A stretch of 64,000 bases of DNA from the human T2T-CHM13v2.0 reference genome, Homo sapiens: NCBI RefSeq assembly GCF_009914755.1, contig NC_060940.1, one strand, 5' to 3'. The notes under the pieces were generated by a model. The model was not told the origin of the DNA and made no database searches. It saw only the letters and a list, made by a program, of their open reading frames with translations. Every line of letters begins with the position of its first letter. The first letter of the stretch is position 1. The translations under genes were made by a program, and so were the position numbers. Below are positions 10,401 through 24,600 of the stretch, piece by piece.

Positions 10401-13400
10401 TTTGTGGAATTTGCAAGTGGAGATTTCAAGCGCTTTGAGGCCAAAAGCAGAAAAGGAAATATTTTCCTATAAAAACTCGACAGAATCTTTCTCAGAAACT
10501 GCTCTGGGATGTGTGCGTTCAACTCACAGAGTTTAACTTTTCTTTTCATTCAGCAGTTTGGAAACACTCTGTTTGGAAAGTCTGCACGTGGATATTTTGA
10601 CCTCTTTGAGGCCTTCGTTGGAAACGGGTTTTTTTCATGTAAGGCTAGACAGAAGAAATCTCAGTAACTTCCTTGTGTTGTGTGTATTCAACTGACAGAG
10701 TTGAACCTTCCTTTAGACAGAGCAGATTCGAAACACTCTTTTTCTGCAATTTGCAAGTGGAGACTTCAAGCGCTTTGAGGCCAAAGGCAGAAAAGGAAAT
10801 ATCTTCGTATAAAAACCCGACAGAATCATTCTCAGAAACTGCTCTGTGATGTGTGCGTTCAACTCACAGAGTTTAACTTTTCTTTTCATTCAGCAGTTTG
10901 GAAACACTCTGTTTGTAAAGTCTGCAAGTGGATATCTTGGCCTCTTAGAGGCCTTCGTTGGAAACGGGTTTTTTCATGTAAGGTTAGACAGAGGAATTCC
11001 CAGTAACTTCCTTGTGTTGTGTGCATTCAACTCACAGAGTTGAATGATTCTTTACACAGAGCAGATTTGAGACACTCTTTTGGTGGAATTTGTAAGTGGA
11101 GAATTCAGCCGCTTTGAGGTCAACGGTAGAAAAGGAAATATCTTCGTATAAAAACTAGACAGAATGATTCTCAGAAACTGTTTTGTGATGTGTGCGTTCA
11201 ACTCACAGAGTTTAACCTTTCTTTTCAAAGAGCAGTTAGGAAACACTCTGTTTGTAAAGTCTGCAAGTGGATATTCAGACCTCTTTGAGGCCTTCGTTGG
11301 AAACGGGATTTCTTCATATTATGCTAGACAGATGAATTCTCAGTAACTTCCTTGTGTTGTGTGTATTCAACTCACAGAGTTGAACGATCCTTTACACAGA
11401 GCAGATTTGAAACACTGTTTTTCTGGAATTTGCAAGTGGAGATTTCAGCCGCTTTGAGGTCAATGGTAGAAAAGGAAATATCTTCGTATAAAAACTAGAC
11501 AGAATGATTCTCAGAAACTCCTTTGTGATGTGTGCGTTCAACTCACAGAGTTTAACCTTTCTTTTCACAGAGCAGTTAGGAAACACTCTGTTTGTGAAGC
11601 CTGCCAGTGGATATTCGGACCTCTTTGAGGCCTTCGTTGGAAACGGGATTTCTTCATATTATGCTAGACAGAAGATTTCTCAGTAACTTCTTTGTGTTGT
11701 GTGTATGCAACTCACAGAGTTCAACCTTCCTTTAGACAGAGCAGATTTGAAACACTCTTTTTGTGGAATTTGCAAGTGGAGATTTCAAGCGCTTCGATGC
11801 CAATGGTAGAAAAGGAAATATCTTCGTAGAAAAACAAGACAAACTCGTTCCCAGACACTGCGTAGTGATGTGTGTGTTTAACTCACAGAGTTTAACCTTT
11901 CTTTTCATACAGCATTCTGGAAACCCTCTGTTTGTAAAGTCTGCAAGTGGATATTTGGACCTCTTAGATGCCTTCGTTGGAAACGGGATTTCTTCATATA
12001 ATGCTAGAGGGAAGAATTCTTAGTAACTTCTTTGTGTTGTGTGTATTCAACTGACAGAGTTGAACCTTCCTTTAGACAGAGCAGATTTGAAAGTCTCTTT
12101 TTGTGGAATTTGCAAGTGGAGATTTCAAGCGCTTTGAGGCCAAAAGCAGAAAAGGAAATATTTTCCTATAAAAACTCGACAGAATCTTTCTCAGAAACTG
12201 CTCTGGGATGTGTGCGTTCAACTCACAGAGTTTAACTTTTCTTTTCATTCAGCAGTTTGGAAACACTCTGTTTGGAAAGTCTGCACGTGGATATTTTGAC
12301 CTCTTTGAGGCCTTCGTTGGAAACGGGTTTTTTTCATGTAAGGCTAGACAGAAGAAATCTCAGTAACTTCCTTGTGTTGTGTGTATTCAACTGACAGAGT
12401 TGAACCTTCCTTTAGACAGAGCAGATTCGAAACACTCTTTTTCTGCAATTTACAAGTGGAGACTTCAAGCGCTTTGAGGCCAAAGGCAGAAAAGGAAATA
12501 TCTTCGTATAAAAACCCGACAGAATCATTCTCAGAAACTGCTCTGTGATGTGTGCGTTCAACTCACAGAGTTTAACTTTTCTTTTCATTCAGCAGTTTGG
12601 AAACACTCTGTTTGTAAAGTCTGCAAGTGGATATCTTGGCCTCTTAGAGGCCTTCGTTGGAAACGGGTTTTTTCATGTAAGGTTAGACAGAGGAATTCCC
12701 AGTAACTTCCTTGTGTTGTGTGCATTCAACTCACAGAGTTGAATGATTCTTTACACAGAGCAGTTTTGAGACACTCTTTTGGTGGAATTTGTAAGTGGAG
12801 AATTCAGCCGCTTTGAGGTCAACGGTAGAAAAGGAAATATCTTCGTATAAAAACTAGACAGAATGATTCTCAGAAACTGTTTTGTGATGTGTGCGTTCAA
12901 CTCACAGAGTTTAACCTTTCTTTTCAAAGAGCAGTTAGGAAACACTCTGTAAAGTCTGCAAGTGGATATTCAGACCTCTTTGAGGCCTTCGTTGGAAACG
13001 GGATTTCTTCATATTATGCTAGACAGATGAATTCTCAGTAACTTCCTTGTGTTGTGTGTATTCAACTCACAGAGTTGAACGATCCTTTACACAGAGCAGA
13101 TTTGAAACACTGTTTTTCTGGAATTTGCAAGTGGAGATTTCAGCCGCTTTGAGGTCAATGGTAGAAAAGGAAATATCTTCGTATAAAAACTAGACAGAAT
13201 GATTCTCAGAAACTCCTTTGTGATGTGTGCGTTCAACTCACAGGGTTTAACCTTTCTTTTCACAGAGCAGTTAGGAAACACTCTGTTTGTGAAGCCTGCC
13301 AGTGGATATTCGGACCTCTTTGAGGCCTTCGTTGGAAACGGGATTTCTTCATATTATGCTAGACAGAAGATTTCTCAGTAACTTCTTTGTGTTGTGTGTA

Positions 13401-16400
13401 TGCAACTCACAGAGTTCAACCTTCCTTTAGACAGAGCAGATTTGAAACACTCTTTTTGTGGAATTTGCAAGTGGAGATTTCAAGCGCTTCGATGCCAATG
13501 GTAGAAAAGGAAATATCTTCGTATAAAAACAAGACAAACTCGTTCCCAGACACTGCGTAGTGATGTGTGTGTTTAACTCACAGAGTTTCACCTTTCTTTT
13601 CATACAGCATTCTGGAAACCCTCTGTTTGTAAAGTCTGCAAGTGGATATTTGGACCTCTTAGATGCCTTCGTTGCAAACGGGATTTCTTCATATAATGCT
13701 AGACGGAAGAATTCTTAGTAACTTCTTTGTGTTGTGTGTATTCAACTGACAGAGTTGAACCTTCCTTTAGACAGAGCAGATTTGAAAGTCTCTTTTTGTG
13801 GAATTTGCAAGTGGAGATTTCAAGCGCTTTGAGGCCAAAAGCAGAAAAGGAAATATTTTCCTATAAAAACTCGACAGAATCTTTCTCAGAAACTGCTCTG
13901 GGATGTGTGCGTTCAACTCACAGAGTTTAACTTTTCTTTTCATTCAGCAGTTTGGAAACACTCTGTTTGGAAAGTCTGCACGTGGATATTTTGACCTCTT
14001 TGAGGCCTTCGTTGGAAACGGGTTTTTTTCATGTAAGGCTAGACAGAAGAAATCTCAGTAACTTCCTTGTGTTGTGTGTATTCAACTGACAGAGTTGAAC
14101 CTTCCTTTAGACAGAGCAGATTCGAAACACTCTTTTTCTGCAATTTGCAAGTGGAGACTTCAAGCGCTTTGAGGCCAAAGGCAGAAAAGGAAATATCTTC
14201 GTATAAAAACCCGACAGAATCATTCTCAGAAACTGCTCTGTGATGTGTGCGTTCAACTCACAGAGTTTAACTTTTCTTTTCATTCAGCAGTTTGGAAACA
14301 CTCTGTTTGTAAAGTCTGCAAGTGGATATCTTGGCCTCTTAGAGGCCTTCGTTGGAAACGGGTTTTTTCATGTAAGGATAGACAGAGGAATTCCCAGTAA
14401 CTTCCTTGTGTTGTGTGCATTCAACTCACAGAGTTGAATGATTCTTTACACAGAGCAGATTTGAGACACTCTTTTGGTGGAATTTGTAAGTGGAGAATTC
14501 AGCCGCTTTGAGGTCAACGGTAGAAAAGGAAATATCTTCGTATAAAAACTAGACAGAATGATTCTCAGAAACTGTTTTGTGATGTGTGCGTTCAACTCAC
14601 AGAGTTTAACCTTTCTTTTCAAAGAGCAGTTAGGAAACACTCTGTTTGTAAAGTCTGCAAGTGGATATTCAGACCTCTTTGAGGCCTTCGTTGGAAACGG
14701 GATTTCTTCATATTATGCTAGACAGATGAATTCTCAGTAACTTCCTTGTGTTGTGTGTATTCAACTCACAGAGTTGAACGATCCTTTACACAGAGCAGAT
14801 TTGAAACACTGTTTTTCTGGAATTTGCAAGTGGAGATTTCAGCCGCTTTGAGGTCAATGGTAGAAAAGGAAATATCTTCGTATAAAAACTAGACAGAATG
14901 ATTCTCAGAAACTCCTTTGTGATGTGTGCGTTCAACTCACAGGGTTTAACCTTTCTTTTCACAGAGCAGTTAGGAAACACTCTGTTTGTGAAGCCTGCCA
15001 GTGGATATTCGGACCTCTTTGAGGCCTTCGTTGGAAACGGGATTTCTTCATATTATGCTAGACAGAAGATTTCTCAGTAACTTCTTTGTGTTGTGTGTAT
15101 GCAACTCACAGAGTTCAACCTTCCTTTAGACAGAGCAGATTTGAAACACTCTTTTTGTGGAATTTGCAAGTGGAGATTTCAAGCGCTTCGATGCCAATGG
15201 TAGAAAAGGAAATATCTTCGTATAAAAACAAGACAAACTCGTTCCCAGACACTGCGTAGTGATGTGTGTGTTTAACTCACAGAGTTTAACCTTTCTTTTC
15301 ATACAGCATTCTGGAAACCCTGTGTTTGTAAAGTCTGCAAGTGGATATTTGGACCTCTTAGATGCCTTCGTTGGAAACGGGATTTCTTCATATAATGCTA
15401 GAGGGAAGAATTCTTAGTAACTTCTTTGTGTTGTGTGTATTCAACTGACAGAGTTGAACCTTCCTTTAGACAGAGCAGATTTGAAAGTCTCTTTTTGTGG
15501 AATTTGCAAGTGGAGATTTCAAGCGCTTTGAGGCCAAAAGCAGAAAAGGAAATATTTTCCTTTAAAAACTCGACAGAATCTTTCTCAGAAACTGCTCTGG
15601 GATGTGTGCGTTCAACTCACAGAGTTTAACTTTTCTTTTCATTCAGCAGTTTGGAAACACTCTGTTTGGAAAGTCTGCACGTGGATATTTTGACCTCTTT
15701 GAGGCCTTCGTTGGAAACGGGTTTTTTTCATGTAAGGCTAGACAGAAGAAATCTCAGTAACTTCCTTGTGTTGTGTGTATTCAACTGACAGAGTTGAACC
15801 TTCCTTTAGACAGAGCAGATTCGAAACACTCTTTTTCTGCAATTTGCAAGTGGAGACTTCAAGCGCTTTGAGGCCAAAGGCAGAAAAGGAAATATCTTCG
15901 TATAAAAACCCGACAGAATCATTCTCAGAAACTGCTCTGTGATGTGTGCGTTCAACTCACAGAGTTTAACTTTTCTTTTCATTCAGCAGTTTGGAAACAC
16001 TCTGTTTGTAAAGTCTGCAAGTGGATATCTTGGCCTCTTAGAGGCCTTCGTTGGAAACGGGTTTTTTCATGTAAGGATAGACAGAGGAATTCCCAGTAAC
16101 TTCCTTGTGTTGTGTGCATTCAACTCACAGAGTTGAATGATTCTTTACACAGAGCAGATTTGAGACACTCTTTTGGTGGAATTTGTAAGTGGAGAATTCA
16201 GCCGCTTTGAGGTCAACGGTAGAAAAGGAAATATCTTCGTATAAAAACTAGACAGAATGATTCTCAGAAACTGTTTTGTGATGTGTGCGTTCAACTCACA
16301 GAGTTTAACCTTTCTTTTCAAAGAGCAGTTAGGAAACACTCTGTTTGTAAAGTCTGCAAGTGGATATTCAGACCTCTTTGAGGCCTTCGTTGGAAACGGG

Positions 16401-19400
16401 ATTTCTTCATATTATGCTAGACAGATGAATTCTCAGTAACTTCCTTGTGTTGTGTGTATTCAACTCACAGAGTTGAACGATCCTTTACACAGAGCAGATT
16501 TGAAACACTGTTTTTCTGGAATTTGCAAGTGGAGATTTCAGCCGCTTTGAGGTCAATGGTAGAAAAGGAAATATCTTCGTATAAAAACTAGACAGAATGA
16601 TTCTCAGAAACTCCTTTGTGATGTGTGCGTTCAACTCACAGGGTTTAACCTTTCTTTTCACAGAGCAGTTAGGAAACACTCTGTTTGTGAAGCCTGCCAG
16701 TGGATATTCGGACCTCTTTGAGGCCTTCGTTGGAAACGGGATTTCTTCATATTATGCTAGACAGAAGATTTCTCAGTAACTTCTTTGTGTTGTGTGTATG
16801 CAACTCACAGAGTTCAACCTTCCTTTAGACAGAGCAGATTTGAAACACTCTTTTTGTGGAATTTGCAAGTGGAGATTTCAAGCGCTTCGATGCCAATGGT
16901 AGAAAAGGAAATATCTTCGTATAAAAACAAGACAAACTCGTTCCCAGACACTGCGTAGTGATGTGTGTGTTTAACTCACAGAGTTTAACCTTTCTTTTCA
17001 TACAGCATTCTGGAAACCCTGTGTTTGTAAAGTCTGCAAGTGGATATTTGGACCTCTTAGATGCCTTCGTTGGAAACGGGATTTCTTCATATAATGCTAG
17101 AGGGAAGAATTCTTAGTAACTTCTTTGTGTTGTGTGTATTCAACTGACAGAGTTGAACCTTCCTTTAGACAGAGCAGATTTGAAAGTCTCTTTTTGTGGA
17201 ATTTGCAAGTGGAGATTTCAAGCGCTTTGAGGCCAAAAGCAGAAAAGGAAATATTTTCCTTTAAAAACTCGACAGAATCTTTCTCAGAAACTGCTCTGGG
17301 ATGTGTGCGTTCAACTCACAGAGTTTAACTTTTCTTTTCATTCAGCAGTTTGGAAACACTCTGTTTGGAAAGTCTGCACGTGGATATTTTGACCTCTTTG
17401 AGGCCTTCGTTGGAAACGGGTTTTTTTCATGTAAGGCTAGACAGAAGAAATCTCAGTAACTTCCTTGTGTTGTGTGTATTCAACTGACAGAGTTGAACCT
17501 TCCTTTAGACAGAGCAGATTCGAAACACTCTTTTTCTGCAATTTGCAAGTGGAGACTTCAAGCGCTTTGAGGCCAAAGACAGAAAAGGAAATATCTTCGT
17601 ATAAAAACCCGACAGAATCATTCTCAGAAACTGCTCTGTGATGTGTGCGTTCAACTCACAGAGTTTAACTTTTCTTTTCATTCAGCAGTTTGGAAACACT
17701 CTGTTTGTAAAGTCTGCAAGTGGATATCTTGGCCTCTTAGAGGCCTTCGTTGGAAACGGGTTTTTTCATGTAAGGTTAGACAGAGGAATTCCCAGTAACT
17801 TCCTTGTGTTGTGTGCACTCAACTCACAGAGTTGAATGATTCTTTACACAGAGCAGATTTGAGACACTCTTTTGGTGGAATTTGTAAGTGGAGAATTCAG
17901 CCGCTTTGAGGTCAACGGTAGAAAAGGAAATATCTTCGTATAAAAACTAGACAGAATGATTCTCAGAAACTGTTTTGTGATGTGTGCGTTCAACTCACAG
18001 AGTTTAACCTTTCTTTTCAAAGAGCAGTTAGGAAACACTCTGTTTGTAAAGTCTGCAAGTGGATATTCAGACCTCTTTGAGGCCTTCGTTGGAAACGGGA
18101 TTTCTTCATATTATGCTAGACAGATGAATTCTCAGTAACTTCCTTGTGTTGTGTGTATTCAACTCAGAGTTGAACGATCCTTTACACAGAGCAGATTTGA
18201 AACACTGTTTTTCTGGAATTTGCAAGTGGAGATTTCAGCCGCTTTGAGGTCAATGGTAGAAAAGGAAATATCTTCGTATAAAAACTGGACAGAATGATTC
18301 TCAGAAACTCCTTTGTGATGTGTGCGTTCAACTCACAGAGTTTAACCTTTCTTTTCACAGAGCAGTTAGGAAACACTCTGTTTGTGAAGCCTGCCAGTGG
18401 ATATTCGGACCTCTTTGAGGCCTTCGTTGGAAACGGGATTTCTTCATATTATGCTAGACAGAAGATTTCTCAGTAACTTCTTTGTGTTGTGTGTATGCAA
18501 CTCACAGAGTTCAACCTTCCTTTAGACAGAGCAGATTTGAAACACTCTTTTTGTGGAATTTGCAAGTGGAGATTTCAAGCGCTTCGATGCCAATGGTAGA
18601 AAAGGAAATATCTTCGTATAAAAACAAGACAAACTCGTTCCCAGACACTGCGTAGTGATGTGTGTGTTTAACTCACAGAGTTTAACCTTTCTTTTCATAC
18701 AGCATTCTGGAAACCCTCTGTTTGTAAAGTCTGCAAGTGGATATTTGGACCTCTTGGATGCCTTCTTTGGAAACGGGATTTCTTCATATAATGCTAGAGG
18801 GAAGAATTCTTAGTAACTTCTTTGTGTTGTGTGTATTCAACTGACAGAGTTGAACCTTCCTTTAGACAGAGCAGATTTGAAAGTCTCTTTTTGTGGAATT
18901 TGCAAGTGGAGATTTCAAGCGCTTTGAGGCCAAAAGCAGAAAAGGAAATATTTTCCTATAAAAACTCGACAGAATCTTTCTCAGAAACTGCTCTGTGATG
19001 TGTGCGTTCAACTCACAGAGTTTAACTTTTCTTTTCATTCAGCAGTTTGGAAACACTCTGTTTGGAAAGTCTGCACGTGGATATTTTGACCTCTTTGAGG
19101 CCTTCGTTGGAAACGGGTTTTTTTCATGTAAGGCTAGACAGAAGAAATCTCAGTAACTTCCTTGTGTTGTGTGTATTCAACTGACAGAGTTGAACCTTCC
19201 TTTAGACAGAGCAGATTCGAAACACTCTTTTTCTGCAATTTGCAAGTGGAGACTTCAAGCGCTTTGAGGCCAAAGGCAGAAAAGGAAATATCTTCGTATA
19301 AAAACCCGACAGAATCATTCTCAGAAACTGCTCTGTGATGTGTGCGTTCAACTCACAGAGTTTAACTTTTCTTTTCATTCAGCAGTTTGGAAACACTCTG

Positions 19401-21699
19401 TTTGTAAAGTCTGCAAGTGGATATCTTGGCCTCTTAGAGGCCTTCGTTGGAAACGGGTTTTTTCATGTAAGGTTAGACAGAGGAATTCCCAGTAACTTCC
19501 TTGTGTTGTGTGCATTCAACTCACAGAGTTGAATGATTCTTTACACAGAGCAGATTTGAGACACTCTTTTGGTGGAATTTGTTAGTGGAGAATTCAGCCG
19601 CTTTGAGGTCAACGGTAGAAAAGGAAATATCTTCGTATAAAAACTAGACAGAATGATTCTCAGAAACTGTTTTGTGATGTGTGCGTTCAACTCACAGAGT
19701 TTAACCTTTCTTTTCAAAGAGCAGTTAGGAAACACTCTGTTTGTAAAGTCTGCAAGTGGATATTCAGACCTCTTTGAGGCCTTCGTTGGAAACGGGATTT
19801 CTTCATATTATGCTAGACAGATGAATTCTCAGTAACTTCCTTGTGTTGTGTGTATTCAACTCACAGAGTTGAACGATCCTTTACACAGAGCAGATTTGAA
19901 ACACTGTTTTTCTGGAATTTGCAAGTGGAGATTTCAGCCGCTTTGAGGTCAATGGTAGAAAAAGAAATATCTTCGTATAAAAACTAGACAGAATGATTCT
20001 CAGAAACTCCTTTGTGATGTGTGCGTTCAACTCACAGAGTTTAACCTTTCTTTTCACAGAGCAGTTAGGAAACACTCTGTTTGTGAAGCCTGCCAGTGGA
20101 TATTCGGACCTCTTTGAGGCCTTCGTTGGAAACGGGATTTCTTCATATTATGCTAGACAGAAGATTTCTCAGTAACTTCTTTGTGTTGTGTGTATGCACC
20201 TCACAGAGTTCAACCTTCCTTTAGACAGAGCAGATTTGAAACACTCTTTTTGTGGAATTTGCAAGTGGAGATTTCAAGCGCTTCGATGCCAATGGTAGAA
20301 AAGGAAATATCTTCGTATAAAAACAAGACAAACTCGTTCCCAGACACTGCGTAGTGATGTGTGTGTTTAACTCACAGAGTTTCACCTTTCTTTTCATACA
20401 GCATTCTGGAAACCCTCTGTTTGTAAAGTCTGCAAGTGGATATTTGGACCTCTTAGATGCCTTCGTTGGAAACGGGATTTCTTCATATAATGCTAGAGGG
20501 AAGAATTCTTAGTAACTTCTTTGTGTTGTGTGTATTCAACTGACAGAGTTGAACCTTCCTTTAGACAGAGCAGATTTGAAAGTCTCTTTTTGTGGAATTT
20601 GCAAGTGGAGATTTCAAGCGCTTTGAGGCCAAAAGCAGAAAAGGAAATATTTTCCTATAAAAACTAGACAGAATCTTTCTCAGAAACTGCTCTGGGATGT
20701 GTGCGTTCAACTCACAGAGTTTAACTTTTCTTTTCATTCAGCAGTTTGGAAACACTGTTTGGAAAGTCTGCACGTGGATATTTTGACCTCTTTGAGGCCT
20801 TCGTTGGAAACGGGTTTTTTTCATGTAAGGCTAGACAGAAGAAATCTCAGTAACTTCCTTGTGTTGTGTGTATTCAACTGACAGAGTTGAACCTTCCTTT
20901 AGACAGAGCAGATTCGAAACACTCTTTTTCTGCAATTTGCAAGTGGAGACTTCAAGCGCTTTGAGGCCAAAGGCAGAAAAGGAAATATCTTCGTATAAAA
21001 ACCCGACAGAATCATTCTCAGAAACTGCTCTGTGATGTGTGCGTTCAACTCACAGAGTTTAACTTTTCTTTTCATTCAGCAGTTTGGAAACACTCTGTTT
21101 GTAAAGTCTGCAAGTGGATATCTTGGCCTCTTAGAGGCCTTCGTTGGAAACGGGTTTTTTCATGTAAGGTTAGACAGAGGAATTCCCAGTAACTTCCTTG
21201 TGTTGTGTGCATTCAACTCACAGAGTTGAATGATTCTTTACACAGAGCAGATTTGAGACACTCTTTTGGTGGAATTTGTTAGTGGAGAATTCAGCCGCTT
21301 TGAGGTCAACGGTAGAAAAGGAAATATCTTCGTATAAAAACTAGACAGAATGATTCTCAGAAACTGTTTTGTGATGTGTGCGTTCAACTCACAGAGTTTA
21401 ACCTTTCTTTTCAAAGAGCAGTTAGGAAACACTCTGTTTGTAAAGTCTGCAAGTGGATATTCAGACCTCTTTGAGGCCTTCGTTGGAAACGGGATTTCTT
21501 CATATTATGCTAGACAGATGAATTCTCAGTAACTTCCTTGTGTTGTGTGTATTCAACTCACAGAGTTGAACGATCCTTTACACAGAGCAGATTTGAAACA
21601 CTGTTTTTCTGGAATTTGCAAGTGGAGATTTCAGCCGCTTTGAGGTCAATGGTAGAAAAGGAAATATCTTCGTATAAAAACTAGACAGAATGATTCTCA

Positions 21700-24600
21700 G
21701 AAACTCCTTTGTGATGTGTGCGTTCAACTCACAGAGTTTAACCTTTCTTTTCACAGAGCAGTTAGGAAACACTCTGTTTGTGAAGCCTGCCAGTGGATAT
21801 TCGGAACTCTTTGAGGCCTTCGTTGGAAACGGGATTTCTTCGTATTATGCTAGACAGAAGATTTCTCAGTAACTTCTTTGTGTTGTGTGTATGCAACTCA
21901 CAGAGTTCAACCTTCCTTTAGACAGAGCAGATTTGAAACACTCTTTTTGTGGAATTTGCAAGTGGAGATTTCAAGCGCTTCGATGCCAATGGTAGAAAAG
22001 GAAATATCTTCGTATAAAAACAAGACAAACTCGTTCCCAGACACTGCGTAGTGATGTGTGTGTTTAACTCACAGAGTTTAACCTTTCTTTTCATACAGCA
22101 TTCTGGAAACCCTCTGTTTGTAAAGTCTGCAAGTGGATATTTGGACCTCTTAGATGCCTTCGTTGGAAACGGGATTTCTTCATATAATGCTAGAGGGAAG
22201 AATTCTTAGTAACTTCTTTGTGTTGTGTGTATTCAACTGACAGAGTTGAACCTTCCTTTAGACAGAGCAGATTTGAAAGTCTCTTTTTGTGGAATTTGCA
22301 AGTGGAGATTTCAAGCGCTTTGAGGCCAAAAGCAGAAAAGGAAATATTTTCCTATAAAAATTAGACAGAATCTTTCTCAGAAACTGCTCTGGGATGTGTG
22401 CGTTCAACTCACAGAGTTTAACTTTTCTTTTCATTCAGCAGTTTGGAAACACTCTGTTTGGAAAGTCTGCACGTGGATATTTTGACCTCTTTGAGGCCTT
22501 CGTTGGAAACGGGTTTTTTTCATGTAAGGCTAGACAGAAGAAATCTCAGTAACTTCCTTGTGTTGTGTGTATTCAACTGACAGAGTTGAACCTTCCTTTA
22601 GACAGAGCAGATTCGAAACACTCTTTTTCTGCAATTTGCAAGTGGAGACTTCAAGCGCTTTGAGGCCAAAGGCAGAAAAGGAAATATCTTCGTATAAAAA
22701 CCCGACAGAATCATTCTCAGAAACTGCTCTGTGATGTGTGCGTTCAACTCACAGAGTTTAACTTTTCTTTTCATTCAGCAGTTTGGAAACACTCTGTTTG
22801 TAAAGTCTGCAAGTGGATATCTTGGCCTCTTAGAGGCCTTCGTTGGAAACGGGTTTTTTCATTTAAGGTTAGACAGAGGAATTCCCAGTAACTTCCTTGT
22901 GTTGTGTGCATTCAACTCACAGAGTTGAATGATTCTTTACACAGAGCAGATTTGAGACACTCTTTGGGTGGAATTTGTAAGTGGAGAATTCAGCCGCTTT
23001 GAGGTCAACGGTAGAAAAGGAAATATCTTCGTATAAAATCTAGACAGAATGATTCTCAGAAACTGTTTTTTGATGTGTGCGTTCAACTCACAGAGTTTAA
23101 CCTTTCTTTTCAAAGAGCAGTTAGGAAACACTCTGTTTGTAAAGTCTGCAAGTGGATATTCAGACCTCTTTGAGGCCTTCGTTGGAAACGGGATTTCTTC
23201 ATATTATGCTAGACAGATGAATTCTCAGTAACTTCCTTGTGTTGTGTGTATTCAACTCACAGAGTTGAACGATCCTTTACACAGAGCAGATTTGAAACAC
23301 TGTTTTTCTGGAATTTGCAAGTGGAGATTTCAGCCGCTTTGAGGTCAATGGTAGAAAAGGAAATATCTTCGTATAAAAACTAGACAGAATGATTCTCAGA
23401 AACTCCTTTGTGATGTGTGCGTTCAACTCACAGAGTTTAACCTTTCTTTTCACAGAGCAGTTAGGAAACACTCTGTTTGTGAAGCCTGCCAGTGGATATT
23501 CGGACCTCTTTGAGGCCTTCGTTGGAAACGGGATTTCTTCATATTATGCTAGACAGAAGATTTCTCAGTAACTTCTTTGTGTTGTGTGTATGCAACTAAC
23601 AGAGTTCAACCTTCCTTTAGAGAGAGCATATTTGAAACACTCTTTTTGTGGAATTTGCAAGTGGAGATTTCAAGCGCTTCGATGCAAATGGTAGAAAAGG
23701 AAATATCTTCGTAGAAAAACAAGACAAACTCGTTCCCAGACACTGCGTAGTGATGTGTGTGTTTAACTCACAGAGTTTAACCTTTCTTTTCATACAGCAT
23801 TCTGGAAACCCTGTGTTTGTAAAGTCTGCAAGTGGATATTTGGACCTCTTAGATGCCTTCGTTGGAAACGGGATTTCTTCGTATAATGCTAGAGGGAAGA
23901 ATTCTTAGTAACTTCTTTGTGTTGTGTGTATTCAACTGACAGAGTTGAACCTTCCTTTAGACAGAGCAGATTTGAAAGTCTCTTTTTGTGGAATTTGCAA
24001 GTGGAGATTTCAAGCGCTTTGAGGCCAAAAGCAGAAAAGGAAATATTTTCCTATAAAAACTCGACAGAATCATTCTCAGAAACTGCTCTGTGATGTGTGC
24101 GTTCAACTCACAGAGTTTAACTTTTCTTTTCATTCAGCAGTTTGGAAACACTGTTTGGAAAGTCTGCACGTGGATATTTTGACCTCTTTGAGGCCTTCGT
24201 TGGAAACGGGTTTTTTTCATGTAAGGCTAGACAGAAGAAATCTCAGTAACTTCCTTGTGTTGTGTGTATTCAACTGACAGAGTTGAACCTTCCTTTAGAC
24301 AGAGCAGATTCGAAACACTCTTTTTCTGCAATTTGCAAGTGGAGACTTCAAGCGCTTTGAGGCCAAAGGCAGAAAAGGAAATATCTTCGTATAAAAACCC
24401 GACAGAATCATTCTCAGAAACTGCTCTGTGATGTGTGCGTTCAACTCACAGAGTTTAACTTTTCTTTTCATTCAGCAGTTTGGAAACACTCTGTTTGTAA
24501 AGTCTGCAAGTGGATATCTTGGCCTCTTAGAGGCCTTCGTTGGAAACGGGTTTTTTCATGTAAGGATAGACAGAGGAATTCCCAGTAACTTCCTTGTGTT

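Noticed and set aside
11763-12023. Longest ORF (86 aa; also at 23648 and 28743)
   Set aside because: It arises from one T>G variant (CGTATAAAA to CGTAGAAAA) that removes a stop codon in satellite DNA. It is useful only as a haplotype marker.
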